The notes under the pieces: generated by a model
The model's input: only the letters and a program-made list of their open reading frames with translations
What the model was told of the DNA's origin: nothing
Database searches by the model: none
Origin: an uncultured Planctomycetales bacterium
Lineage (GTDB): Bacteria; Omnitrophota; Gorgyraeia; Gygaellales; Profunditerraquicolaceae
DNA length: 64,000 nt
Direction of reading: 5' to 3'
NCBI GenBank assembly: GCA_964593005.1
Contig: CAZQGT010000002.1
Location: 13,324-77,323 of the forward strand
Part shown: positions 1 to 9,762 of the stretch, one piece after another
Position numbering within the stretch: position 1 is the first letter of the stretch
Layout: every line of letters starts with the position of its first letter
Made by a program: the position numbers and the translations under genes

Positions 1-1175
1 ACTTCTTTTTTGAAGGAACCCCTATTGACATGGCAGTTTCTGGCGACGGGCAATACCCTCTTGTTGACATCGTAAGGCGCATCAATTTCGGAAAAGATAT
101 GGATGGGGTTGAAGGGGTTATACTGCGTTTGGGAGATGGGAAATTGTTGAGGCATGGGGCTTCAAGGTTTACGGATTGGAATATTTTGCCTAATCCTGAT
201 TATTCCGAGCTGAATATGGATTATTATTCAAAGCCGCATACAGGAATAATTCGTAATTTGATCGTATCCGGAGTCCATATCTTTACGGCTATAGGGTGTC
301 CATTTTCATGTACTTTTTGCGCTAACAGCAATAAAGAGGTTAACTATAGGCCGATTGCAAATGTTCTCGAGGAAATTGAAAAATTAAGGGATGATTACAA
401 GATAGACGCATTCTATATCCTTGACGATACCTTTCTTCTTAAAAAGTCCAGGGTAATTGAATTTGTGGAGGGGTTAAAGAAGAGGAAAATTGATCTAATC
501 TGGGCAATGGAGACAAGGGTAAATATAATTGATGAGGAAATGGCTAAGTTAGTCAGTGAAGCAGGATGTATGCAGGTTGATTTTGGCATAGAATCAGGTT
601 CTGGCGAAGCTTTAGTTAGAATGAAAAAGGAAATAACCAGAGAACAGGCTTTTAAGGCGCTTGATATTTGTACTAAATATAATTTAAGGACTCTGGTTCA
701 TTTTATGTTTAATACTCCGGGAGAAAGCGAGGATGATGTAAAAAAAACTTTAGAAATGATCCGAAAAATAAGGCCAACCAGGCTTTCCATATGCCTGACG
801 GTGCCTTTTCCCGGAACGGTTATTTATAATGAATACGTTTTGCCGCCTTTAACTAAGGAAGAGTATAGGATCTATAATACACCTTATTTGTATTTTAAGG
901 TCGTTGATCGCCGTTTTTATATGGCAAGACATAAGCTGGATATAGTCAGCCTTAGAATCAAGGCAACCGCAAATGCCAATAAGTTTCGCAGCATAATGGA
1001 TTATACCTTTAATCCGATTTATTGGAGAGCTGTATTTAAGAGCAAGAAAAAAATGCAGTATTTGAAGGTATTATCAAGCGATTTTATTGCTCTTTTGATC
1101 TCAAGGGCAGGGAAAGTTTTAAAGGCCTATTTATTTTTTCGGCGTCAACCCAGGCGATCGACAGATGTATTATGA
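1..1175 (+). CDS. B12-binding-domain radical SAM protein (class B), 5'-truncated at the window edge
   Basis: The reading frame is open from nt 3 with no upstream stop, so the track's ATG at 30 is probably internal. A CxxxCxxC radical SAM cysteine triad is present (GCPFSCTFCAN) about 90 aa in. Downstream has the glycine-rich TIM-barrel character typical of B12-rSAM enzymes. The N-terminal cobalamin-binding domain presumably lies upstream of the window. Confidence 0.6.
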   Translation, partial: FFFEGTPIDMAVSGDGQYPLVDIVRRINFGKDMDGVEGVILRLGDGKLLRHGASRFTDWNILPNPDYSELNMDYYSKPHTGIIRNLIVSGVHIFTAIGCPFSCTFCANSNKEVNYRPIANVLEEIEKLRDDYKIDAFYILDDTFLLKKSRVIEFVEGLKKRKIDLIWAMETRVNIIDEEMAKLVSEAGCMQVDFGIESGSGEALVRMKKEITREQAFKALDICTKYNLRTLVHFMFNTPGESEDDVKKTLEMIRKIRPTRLSICLTVPFPGTVIYNEYVLPPLTKEEYRIYNTPYLYFKVVDRRFYMARHKLDIVSLRIKATANANKFRSIMDYTFNPIYWRAVFKSKKKMQYLKVLSSDFIALLISRAGKVLKAYLFFRRQPRRSTDVL

Positions 1176-1218
1176 GTGGGTGCTATAAGATACGAATGTC
1201 AAATATAGGTGAACTTTC

Positions 1219-2463
1219 ATGAAAACAATCCTGATTTTGGATATGTCCTATACCCTGAAAATGTTCAGGGAAAGGCAAATGTGGCAGGCTTTAGAGAGCA
1301 GGAAGTTGGGAGGGTATTTTGGCAAAGTAATTTCAGCGCATCCGCTGGCCGGATTGTTTGAGTCCGGTAATAATAGGTTCGGAAAACCCGTGGTTACTCA
1401 ACTGGATGATTCGCATCTGTTCGTGGAAGGTAAATTCGGGGTCAGCCGTATGTTGCGTTTTGTAGCTCCATTGAATTTCCTTCTTGCGCAAATTAGCTTA
1501 GTTCGATTGTTAATAAAAATGAACCGCCAAGCCAAGGTGGATATGCTGCGCATAGGAGATCCGTATTATTTGGGTCTGATGGGATTGTTTTTAGCAAAAA
1601 AAATGAGAGTTCCTTTGGCGCTTCGCGTTTCTTTTCGCTATGATGAGATTTTTAGGGTAACGGGTAAATCCGTGTTTCCGCGCTTGTTCAGGTTTCGATG
1701 GATTGAAAAAGTTATAGAGAGGCTTGTATTCTCGCGCTGCGATTTAATCGTCGGAGTGAACGAAGATAATATGAATTATGCTTTAGAGAACGGAGGCCGT
1801 CCTGAGGTTGCAACGGTTTTTCGGTATGGTAATTTGATACATCAAAATCACTGGCAGGAACCAAGCAAACGGGAGGGCGCCGAGACAAGGCTTGCGGAAA
1901 TTGGGTTAAGAGATGAGAAATTTGTGGCAACGGTAGCTAGGCTAGAGCCGATGAAATGCGTAGAAGATACCATTCGTGTTGTAGCTGAGCTTCTCAGGCG
2001 TGGGCACCGCGTTAAAGGGCTTATTATCGGGGATGGAACTCTGAAGCAGGACCTGGAGAGTTTGGCAGTTACATTGGGGGCAAAAGATGCGGTAGTATTT
2101 GCCGGCAATCGCACTCAAGAGTGGATAGCCGCTGTTTTACCAAGGGCTATAATTATTATTTCGCCGCACATGGGAAGAGCGTTAACCGAATCCGCGCTCG
2201 CAGGAGTGCCGATTGTCGCTTATGACTATGATTGGCAAAGAGAGGTTGTTGTTAACGATGAAACCGGATACTTAGTGCCTAATAAAGATTGGTTATTATT
2301 ATCGGATAAAGCGGAGAATATATTGAAAGACCCCGTTAATGGAAAAAGAATGGGAGTCAATGTCCGTGAAAAAATATTAAATATGATGGATCCTAAGAAA
2401 TTAGAGCTTCATGAACAAAACGAGTATTCTAAAATGTTAAAGCGATTTTCTATGAAAGCATAA
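1219..2463 (+). CDS. Glycosyltransferase, GT4 (group 1) family
   Basis: C-terminal GT-B signature: GLIIGDGTLKQDLE ... GRALTESALAGVPIVAYDYDWQREVVVNDETGYLV (EX7E-like region). Confidence 0.65.
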   Translation: MKTILILDMSYTLKMFRERQMWQALESRKLGGYFGKVISAHPLAGLFESGNNRFGKPVVTQLDDSHLFVEGKFGVSRMLRFVAPLNFLLAQISLVRLLIKMNRQAKVDMLRIGDPYYLGLMGLFLAKKMRVPLALRVSFRYDEIFRVTGKSVFPRLFRFRWIEKVIERLVFSRCDLIVGVNEDNMNYALENGGRPEVATVFRYGNLIHQNHWQEPSKREGAETRLAEIGLRDEKFVATVARLEPMKCVEDTIRVVAELLRRGHRVKGLIIGDGTLKQDLESLAVTLGAKDAVVFAGNRTQEWIAAVLPRAIIIISPHMGRALTESALAGVPIVAYDYDWQREVVVNDETGYLVPNKDWLLLSDKAENILKDPVNGKRMGVNVREKILNMMDPKKLELHEQNEYSKMLKRFSMKA

Positions 2464-2469
2464 TAAGGC

Positions 2470-3384
2470 ATGGGCAATATTTTACTAAAGAAAATATTTA
2501 AAAAAACTATCCCTTTTCTGCCAGGTTATCATTGGTTATGTTTGGTATTGCGAAAAATTAAACCGAAGGAATGGAAATGGGTTGATAGGATTCCCGTGAA
2601 ACCAGGAATGATCGTTGTGGTTCATTCAAAAGTAGGCGATTTTCAGATGGGTTGCCCGGAACGTTGCAGTATCGCAAAAAAATTTTTCTGGACTCATGGA
2701 ATCAGCGAACCAGCAGAAGACCGGAAAGCGCTTGATTTATTCGCATATTTAGCCAAATGCTCAGAGGTTGTCCTGGATATTGGGGCAAATTCAGGCCTCT
2801 TTTCCCTGATGGCAGCTAAATCGAATCCTGATGCGCAAGTTATTGCCTTCGATATTTTTCCCGAAGCTTATCATATATCCGTTGATAATCTAATATTAAA
2901 TAATCTGCTGGGAAAAGTAGAAATTCAACTGACCGGGGTAGGGCCTCAAGGGAAGATATTTTATGCGCCATTTTATAATATTTCGAGCGAAATGCCCACC
3001 AGCCTGTCATTGGACTATAAAACGAAAAGTTGCCGTCAGATTCAGGTACCGGTAAAAACACTTGATGAAATATGCATCCCGCGTTTTGTTGGAAAAAAGT
3101 TATGCATAAAGATTGACGTTGAGGGTACAGAGGCTGATATTTTTAAATACGGGCTCGATACCTTGACCACAATAAAGCCGGACATTATTTGTGAGGTTAT
3201 TTCGAACGCAAGGCAGGTCCAACTTTACGATAAAATACTTAAGGACTGTTTATACCGAAAATACCTCATTACAGATGAGGGGCTTAAAAGATTTGATATA
3301 GTCAAACCTGATAAGCGTTATAAAGATTGGTTTTTTACCGCGAAAAATAATCCGGAAATTGAAAATATAGAATTATTAACATGA
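2470..3384 (+). CDS. FkbM-family SAM-dependent methyltransferase
   Basis: Motif I-like VVLDIGANSGLFSLMAAK and an AFDIFPEA segment typical of FkbM-domain methyltransferases. Confidence 0.55.
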   Translation: MGNILLKKIFKKTIPFLPGYHWLCLVLRKIKPKEWKWVDRIPVKPGMIVVVHSKVGDFQMGCPERCSIAKKFFWTHGISEPAEDRKALDLFAYLAKCSEVVLDIGANSGLFSLMAAKSNPDAQVIAFDIFPEAYHISVDNLILNNLLGKVEIQLTGVGPQGKIFYAPFYNISSEMPTSLSLDYKTKSCRQIQVPVKTLDEICIPRFVGKKLCIKIDVEGTEADIFKYGLDTLTTIKPDIICEVISNARQVQLYDKILKDCLYRKYLITDEGLKRFDIVKPDKRYKDWFFTAKNNPEIENIELLT

Positions 3385-3391
3385 GCAAACT

Positions 3392-4390
3392 TTGAAAGCT
3401 GTTATGAAAAAAGTATTCCACTTTGTTCCTTCGCTAGATATAGGTGGCGTTGAGATCGCGATTAAGAAGTCTTTGGCTGATCTCAGGCAGAAACTGGATA
3501 TTAGCATCTTTTACGTAAGACGCCCCGGAAGCCTTGATGTTGGCCAAGCTCCGTGGTGGTGCGCCCTCAAGAATATTTTCTTTGACAAGCCTGATATTGT
3601 TATTACTTCACTCTGGTGGGCTCATTCATTTGGTTTTCTGTTTAAGCTGGCCGGCGTAAGGTGGATATGTTTTATTCACAACTCACGGTTTGCCAATACT
3701 ATCGATCGTTTTGTTTGTACCGTATCCATAAGGTTTGCAGATAAAGTTGCGGCAGATTCTGATCAAGCAATAGCCTTTGTCCGCTCGATAAAGAAAACAG
3801 CAAATGTACACCTGATTCCTTACATATTTCCATTATCTCAGTGCGTAATGAAAGTTGAGCGGATCAAGAATACATTTATTTATGTTGGCCGTAATGCAAA
3901 AGAAAAACGGATGGATCTCGTTGTAAATTTTTTTAAACACCTTTTGGATAAATTTCCCGCTGTTACATGCCGGTTCGTTATCGCCGGCGATGTTCCGCTA
4001 GCCGCTTTAAATTTAATGAAGGCGTTTGGAAGGCGCGTTGCTATCGAGTCAAACCTATCAAATAGCGAGGTATTCAATCGGTTATTTGCGTCTGAGTACT
4101 TCGTTGTGTTATCTGACCTTGAGGGATTCTGTATGACGGCATACGAAGCTGTTCAGGCAGGTTGTTTTATCATCTATAGAGATGTGGGGGAGATAAAGAA
4201 TTATGTTATTCCTGGCCAGTCGTTTAAGTTGATGAATTTTGATAATTTATATAATCAATTTGATGAAGTTCTAGTAAAAAGAAATAAAATTGATCTAATG
4301 CAGGTTGATAGCATTGGTCCGAAATTACTAAATAATCCCGGCGCTACATATACCTCTCATTTTATAGCCCTGGTAGAAGGGGATGGATAA
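3392..4390 (+). CDS. Glycosyltransferase, GT4 family
   Basis: N-terminal FVPSLDIGGVEIAIKK (GT4 GGxE motif). C-terminal EGFCMTAYEAVQAGCFII (EX7E motif). Confidence 0.55.
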   Translation: MKAVMKKVFHFVPSLDIGGVEIAIKKSLADLRQKLDISIFYVRRPGSLDVGQAPWWCALKNIFFDKPDIVITSLWWAHSFGFLFKLAGVRWICFIHNSRFANTIDRFVCTVSIRFADKVAADSDQAIAFVRSIKKTANVHLIPYIFPLSQCVMKVERIKNTFIYVGRNAKEKRMDLVVNFFKHLLDKFPAVTCRFVIAGDVPLAALNLMKAFGRRVAIESNLSNSEVFNRLFASEYFVVLSDLEGFCMTAYEAVQAGCFIIYRDVGEIKNYVIPGQSFKLMNFDNLYNQFDEVLVKRNKIDLMQVDSIGPKLLNNPGATYTSHFIALVEGDG

Positions 4391-4392
4391 TA

Positions 4393-5247
4393 ATGGATGG
4401 GAAACAAAACGATCTGAATGCAAATGTGATCAAGGATTTTGGTTCTGAATGGAGCAGGTTTGATCAGAGTATCCTTTCGGCAGCCGATCAAGCGGAAATG
4501 TTTAAGGGTTATTTTAATATATTCCCTTGGCATAAACTTACTTCAAATTCTATCGGCGCCGATATTGGTTGCGGCAGCGGGCGATGGGCTTCTTTAGTCG
4601 CACCGCGCGTTGGGCATCTCTATCTTATAGACCCAAGTAAGGAAGCGTTAGCTGTAGCTCAGAATAACCTCTCGAATTTAAAAAATATTTCTTTTTATCA
4701 AGTTCCGGCAGATGGCCTGCCTTTTAAAGCTGAGAGTCTTGATTTTGCTTATTCTCTTGGCGTCTTGCACCATGTTTCTAATACGCCAGAAGCTATTGTT
4801 TCTATTGCTCGCGTCTTAAAACCCGGTGCGCCATTTTTAATTTATTTGTATTATGCATTAGACCAGCAGCCTCTGTGGTTTCGCGTTATTTGGCGCCTTA
4901 GCAGTATCTTTCGCAAGCTTATTTCCAGAATGCCCAATCGGCTAAAAAATTTTGTTTGTGATGGTATAGCCTCGTTGATTTATTTCCCGCTAGCCAGGGC
5001 AGCATTGTTACTTGATTGGTTTGGGATACTTCCTTGTTCATGGCCTTTAGCTTATTATCGTAGGCGTAGCTATTATGTTATGCGTACAGATGCCCTGGAT
5101 CGTTTTGGCACCCGTTTGGAGAAACGCTTTAGTCGTGCAGAGATTACCGCTATGTTGGTATCCGCCGGATTCACGGATATCCGCTTTTCTGATACGCAGC
5201 CGTTTTGGTGTGCGGTAGGCATAAAGCGGGCTTGTGGGGAAACTTAA
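4393..5247 (+). CDS. Class I SAM-dependent methyltransferase
   Basis: Motif I ADIGCGSGRWASLVAP. Post-I acidic residue in LYLIDPSKEAL. Motif II-like LDFAYSLGVLHHV. Confidence 0.6.
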   Translation: MDGKQNDLNANVIKDFGSEWSRFDQSILSAADQAEMFKGYFNIFPWHKLTSNSIGADIGCGSGRWASLVAPRVGHLYLIDPSKEALAVAQNNLSNLKNISFYQVPADGLPFKAESLDFAYSLGVLHHVSNTPEAIVSIARVLKPGAPFLIYLYYALDQQPLWFRVIWRLSSIFRKLISRMPNRLKNFVCDGIASLIYFPLARAALLLDWFGILPCSWPLAYYRRRSYYVMRTDALDRFGTRLEKRFSRAEITAMLVSAGFTDIRFSDTQPFWCAVGIKRACGET

Positions 5248-5249
5248 TT

Positions 5250-7211
5250 ATGTGCGGGATAACAGGATTTTGGCAATCAGGTAATTTTTCCATCGATACT
5301 GCTAAGGCTGTTGCAGAAAAAATGGCTTCGCGTATTATTCATCGCGGGCCGGATGATTTTGGCACCTGGGTAGACGGAAGTTTCGGTATTACACTAGCGC
5401 ATCGGCGTTTAAGTATTCTTGAGCTTTCTGCGGCCGGTCATCAGCCCATGGTTTCTTTATCCGGCCGATATGTGATTGTTTTTAACGGTGAAATTTATAA
5501 TCACCTAGAATTGCGGCAGGAACTGAACGTAACCGCCTGGCGCGGGCATTCGGATACAGAAACATTACTAGCAGGATTTGAAGCGTGGGGAATTGAGGTG
5601 ACACTTAAAAAAACTGTAGGGATGTTTGCGATTGCGCTTTGGGACCGTAAGGAAAAAATTCTTATGCTTGCGCGGGACCGGATCGGTGAAAAACCGCTTT
5701 ACTATGGATTTCAGAAAAATACATTTATTTTTGGTTCAGAATTAAAAGCGTTTAGGGCACATCCGGATTTTGTCGGCGAAATTGACCGGGATGTTCTTTG
5801 TCTTTACCTGCGGTATTGCTATATTCCTGCGCCATATTCAATTTATAAAGGAATATATAAACTTCCGCCGGGCAACTTTATACAATTTCCCATTGCGGCC
5901 GGAATCGATGAATTACGTTTGGTAAAACCTAAGGCTTACTGGAGTTTAGCTGAGGTTGCGTCGAAAGGACGCGTCCATCCCTTTGTCGGCAGCCTTACGG
6001 ACGCAGTTACTGTTCTTGATAAACAATTGAGGCGGGCAATTGCCTTGCAGATGGTAGCAGATGTGCCGCTGGGTGCTTTTTTGTCTGGTGGGGTTGATTC
6101 TTCAGTAATTGTCGCTCTTATGCAGGCCCAGTCAACCCGGCCGGTAAGGACATTTTCTATTGGGTTTAATGAAGGAGGCTATAATGAAGCCGGATATGCA
6201 AAGGCTGTGGCTAATCACCTTGGCACGGAGCATACCGATTGCTATATTTCATCGGCAGAGGCGATGCGGGTTATTCCACGGCTGGCCGGTATGTATGATG
6301 AGCCATATTCGGATTCATCTCAAATACCTACTTTTTTGGTATCTCAAATGGCGAGTAAGCATGTTAAGGTTTCTCTATCAGGTGATGCCGGAGATGAGTT
6401 GTTTTGTGGTTATAACCGTTACGCGTTGGCTGATATCTGGAGAAAGATTGAGAGAGTCCCATTTGGGCTCAGAAGGATGGCAGGCCGTCTCGTAAGAACG
6501 GTTGGTTTATTAGCCCGAAATAATATTTTTCAACACACAGGAAAAATTTCCGCGTTATCATCCAATATGAGCGAAAAATTGGAGAAACTTTCTTGGCTTA
6601 TGGATAGTGTTGATGATAGTGATTCTCTTTACTATAATTTGGTTTCTAAAGTTATGACTCCGGATCGTGCAGTTTCATCTGCCAGAGAGCCCGGAAGCTG
6701 GCTTACGGAATCAGGATTGAAATTACAATTTTCAGATCCTAAAATTAATATGATGTATATGGATTGTATGACCTATCTACCGGACGATATTTTAGTTAAA
6801 ATTGATCGCGCGGCCATGGCAAATAGCCTTGAAACACGGGTACCTTTTCTTGATCATAGGATTATTGATTTGGCGTGGTCTTTACCTCTTTCTATAAAAA
6901 TGTGCAATGGCCAGAGTAAATGGATATTGAGGCAGGTACTCTACAGATATGTGCCAAAAAGGCTTATTGAGCGTCCAAAGATGGGTTTTGGTATTCCTGT
7001 CGGAGAGTGGATACGCGGCCAACTTAGAGATTGGGCAGAGGCGCTGTTAAGCGAATCTCGCATACAACAAGAGGGGTTTTTTGATGCCCAGTTTATCCGA
7101 TTACGCTGGCAGGAGCATCTTTCCGGAAAACGTAATTGGTTCCATTTTCTCTGGAGCGTGTTGATGTTTCAGGAGTGGCTAGAAGAACAAAAGCAAGGGG
7201 TATTAGGTTAG
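5250..7211 (+). CDS. Asparagine synthase (glutamine-hydrolysing)-like amidotransferase, AsnB family
   Basis: With the start moved to the ATG at 5250 the protein begins MCGITGFW, giving the Ntn Cys2 nucleophile of the class II glutamine amidotransferase domain. The synthetase domain carries the PP-loop SGGVDSS. Length matches AsnB/WbpS-type enzymes. Confidence 0.75.
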   Translation: MCGITGFWQSGNFSIDTAKAVAEKMASRIIHRGPDDFGTWVDGSFGITLAHRRLSILELSAAGHQPMVSLSGRYVIVFNGEIYNHLELRQELNVTAWRGHSDTETLLAGFEAWGIEVTLKKTVGMFAIALWDRKEKILMLARDRIGEKPLYYGFQKNTFIFGSELKAFRAHPDFVGEIDRDVLCLYLRYCYIPAPYSIYKGIYKLPPGNFIQFPIAAGIDELRLVKPKAYWSLAEVASKGRVHPFVGSLTDAVTVLDKQLRRAIALQMVADVPLGAFLSGGVDSSVIVALMQAQSTRPVRTFSIGFNEGGYNEAGYAKAVANHLGTEHTDCYISSAEAMRVIPRLAGMYDEPYSDSSQIPTFLVSQMASKHVKVSLSGDAGDELFCGYNRYALADIWRKIERVPFGLRRMAGRLVRTVGLLARNNIFQHTGKISALSSNMSEKLEKLSWLMDSVDDSDSLYYNLVSKVMTPDRAVSSAREPGSWLTESGLKLQFSDPKINMMYMDCMTYLPDDILVKIDRAAMANSLETRVPFLDHRIIDLAWSLPLSIKMCNGQSKWILRQVLYRYVPKRLIERPKMGFGIPVGEWIRGQLRDWAEALLSESRIQQEGFFDAQFIRLRWQEHLSGKRNWFHFLWSVLMFQEWLEEQKQGVLG

Positions 7212-7239
7212 GGCATACTTTTTAACCCTAGGAGGTTTT

Positions 7240-8172
7240 GTGCTTAAATTTGTTTGCGTATTACCAAATGGCGCTTTAAAGAAGGTGCTAAAACGATTGC
7301 GTTTATATCATCCGTCGCTGCATCGTTTGATGGAGCTCTCTAGAGGTGATAAAGAGTCACTCCTTAGCCGATCCAAAGAATTTAGTGGGCTCTTACAAGA
7401 TCTTTTGATTAATGGTGTTTGGAAATATACTAATCCGGGGCGGTTGGCTGGTTTAGATGAGTGGGTTGCATCAATCCTGCCGCGTTTTAGTTCTCAGCCA
7501 TTCAGGATGCTGGATGTGGGGGGGTCTGATGGCAGTACCACTTTTGATACAATAAATTATTTTAAAAAAAAATGTGGCTTAGGAGTGAAGGCGTATATAC
7601 TTGATATGCAGTTACGCTTGCATTGTTTTCGCCGGGGATACTTGTGGTATTACCTTACTTATTGCCATAGCCCGCTATTAATCCAAATTGGTCCGTTGGG
7701 CATTTTATTTGAAGAGATTAAGTCCAAGGAGGGAGTGGTTTTTAACCTGATTGTCCGGGTAATAAGAAAGTGTATGCAACGTTTTTCTTTGGAAAAATAC
7801 ATGAATAATTACGGGGATCTTCTTTTAGAGAACCCGTTGGCTAGAAACAACTCAGATATAATTTGGCTGGAGCAGGATCTTTTCCAGTTTGATCCAGCAT
7901 TGAAAGGATCTTTTGATTTTATCCGTTGCAGCAATGTATTAAATGATTGTTACTTTAGCCAAGCCCGGATTTATGATGCGTTGCGTTTATTGGCCATTTA
8001 TCTAAAGCCAGGAGGCCTGCTTTTGGTGTCTCGGACAATAGAAGATTCTACCGGTTTTTTGAATCACGCAAGTTTGTGGGTTAAGAATGGCGAAGGTCTG
8101 CAGCATTTATCTGATTTAAATGGCGGCTCAGAAGTTAAAAAGTTTATGCAAGTATCGGCGGATCCGCTATAA
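7240..8172 (+). CDS. Hypothetical protein, possibly a methyltransferase-fold protein
   Basis: RMLDVGGSDGSTTFDT resembles Rossmann motif I and LKPGGLLLVS resembles the motif after it. Otherwise there are no recognisable motifs. Confidence 0.3.
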   Translation: MLKFVCVLPNGALKKVLKRLRLYHPSLHRLMELSRGDKESLLSRSKEFSGLLQDLLINGVWKYTNPGRLAGLDEWVASILPRFSSQPFRMLDVGGSDGSTTFDTINYFKKKCGLGVKAYILDMQLRLHCFRRGYLWYYLTYCHSPLLIQIGPLGILFEEIKSKEGVVFNLIVRVIRKCMQRFSLEKYMNNYGDLLLENPLARNNSDIIWLEQDLFQFDPALKGSFDFIRCSNVLNDCYFSQARIYDALRLLAIYLKPGGLLLVSRTIEDSTGFLNHASLWVKNGEGLQHLSDLNGGSEVKKFMQVSADPL

Positions 8173-9762
8173 TTGGGATATCAAAATATGTTGAATTACA
8201 AAACAAAAGCTTTATGGCAAATTTGGGGCATTGCTTTTTTATATACCTGCGTTGTCAGTGTATTTATACAATTTTTATTGCTTCCTTATCTATTACCTCA
8301 TCTGCATGCGGGCGGGGGGTTGTTTCTAGGGTGCCCGGATTGTATAGGTTTCAATCAGATTGCAGTTAATATGGCTGAGAAGATTAAGACAGCAGGTTGG
8401 GGGGCGTGGGAATTTCGTCCGCAAAGCCATACAATAGCAGGCATGGCATCCGCTATATACGCATTAACCTGGAGCAAGCTGTGGGTTTTAATTCCATTAA
8501 ATGCTGTTTTGCATGCGAGTGCGTTTTTGGTTTTATTTCAGCTTATAAATTTATTTATCGATGATAAAAACAGGTCTTTTTTATGCGCATTGCCATTTTT
8601 AATATTTCCTTCAAATTTACAATGGACTTCACAACTGCATAAGGATGGTTTTAGTATATTGGGGATACTATTGTTTTTACAGGGCATTATTTCGTTATCC
8701 AGATTAGAAAACTGGAGAGAGAGAAATTGGCATATAATTATTATCCGTTCATTCGCTTGTTGTATTGCAGGGATTGCTTTGATTTGGTTTGTTCGGCCTT
8801 TTATGCTAACGATGATTCGTTTTTTTACGGCTCTACTTTTTTCTTTCTTGATTGCATTTTTTTCAATTCGGACGCTCAGAAGTATATTATCATGGCAAAA
8901 AACACTATTTACATTTGTATCCTTTTTAATAATCTTTTTCATATTATCACAGGTAAACGTAAAATTCGGATCAGGCGATCTTCTAGAAAGCCCGAAATTC
9001 TCTGGGCCTGTTTTTCCGTTGAAGGAGCATGTGGCCCAGAAGATTAGTGTGCCTGAAACACAAAAATCTGCAGTATATACCACAACTTTAATTACCGCAT
9101 CGCCTTTGAAGGAGCATGTGGCCCAGAAGATTAGTGTGCCTGAAACACAAAAATCTGCAGTATATACCACAACTTTAATTACCGCATCGCCTTTGAAGGA
9201 GCATGTGGCCCAGAAGATTAGTGTGCTTGAAACACAAATAGAAAGTCATTGGAAGAGGTCATCTTGGCTTCCTTTATTTATTGAGAACAAGGTTTATTCC
9301 TTAGCTCAAGCTAGGAAGGGCTTTCGTTTTTCTGGCTATGAAGCTAAAAGTAACATTGACCATAATTTTGGTTTTAACAGTGTAGAAAGCATGCTTATTT
9401 ACCTTCCGCGAGCAGCCCAAATAGTTTTATTCGCGCCTTTTCCTAATCAATGGTTTACTGAAAACAATTCTTCCGGAAGTTCTTTTATGCACAGGATATC
9501 TGCTTTTGAGATGACAGTGACATATTTTACTTTAATTTTTCTACCTTTTGCAATTTGGTTCTGGCGCAGGCGCATTGAAATCTGGGTAATATTTTTATTT
9601 TGTATTTATATGATGCTTATTTACGGATTGGTTATCTGTAATATAGGCACGTTATATCGAATGAGGTATGTGTATATTATGACCTTGCTGGGTTTGGGAA
9701 TAGCGGGTTTTTTTGTTTTTCTGGATAAACTAATTATCAGAAGGAAGCAGGCTACTGGCTGA
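8173..9762 (+). CDS. Polytopic membrane protein (GT-C-like, unclassified) carrying an internal 29-aa tandem repeat
   Basis: There are multiple hydrophobic helices at both ends. The central region holds 2.6 copies of PLKEHVAQKISVPETQKSAVYTTTLITAS. Confidence 0.45.
   Translation: MGYQNMLNYKTKALWQIWGIAFLYTCVVSVFIQFLLLPYLLPHLHAGGGLFLGCPDCIGFNQIAVNMAEKIKTAGWGAWEFRPQSHTIAGMASAIYALTWSKLWVLIPLNAVLHASAFLVLFQLINLFIDDKNRSFLCALPFLIFPSNLQWTSQLHKDGFSILGILLFLQGIISLSRLENWRERNWHIIIIRSFACCIAGIALIWFVRPFMLTMIRFFTALLFSFLIAFFSIRTLRSILSWQKTLFTFVSFLIIFFILSQVNVKFGSGDLLESPKFSGPVFPLKEHVAQKISVPETQKSAVYTTTLITASPLKEHVAQKISVPETQKSAVYTTTLITASPLKEHVAQKISVLETQIESHWKRSSWLPLFIENKVYSLAQARKGFRFSGYEAKSNIDHNFGFNSVESMLIYLPRAAQIVLFAPFPNQWFTENNSSGSSFMHRISAFEMTVTYFTLIFLPFAIWFWRRRIEIWVIFLFCIYMMLIYGLVICNIGTLYRMRYVYIMTLLGLGIAGFFVFLDKLIIRRKQATG
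9015..9240 (+). repeat. In-frame 87-bp tandem direct repeat inside a CDS
   Basis: Copy 1 is 9015-9101, copy 2 is 9102-9188, and a diverging partial copy 3 runs 9189 to about 9240. Copies 1 and 2 differ at a single nucleotide (ccgttg vs cctttg). Confidence 0.9.

Noticed and set aside
5205-5249. N-terminal extension of the AsnB-like ORF (MVCGRHKAGLWGNLI...)
   Set aside because: AsnB-type amidotransferases need Cys at position 2 as the Ntn nucleophile. The ATG at 5250 gives MCGITGFW and sits right after the upstream stop, so the extension is a spurious ORF-track artefact.
6160-6495. Nested + strand ORFs in alternative frames (6160-6495, 8727-9047, 17650-17862, 23257-23532, 23682-23906, 23916-24131, 27123-27386, 27796-27999, 28545-28799, 54862-55083)
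   Set aside because: They overlap confidently called genes in a different frame, have low complexity and show no motifs. They are unlikely to be coding.
9015-9240. The 87-bp direct repeats considered as a possible CRISPR array
   Set aside because: The repeats are in-frame coding sequence encoding an identical peptide unit. They are contiguous with no unique spacers, and no cas genes are nearby.
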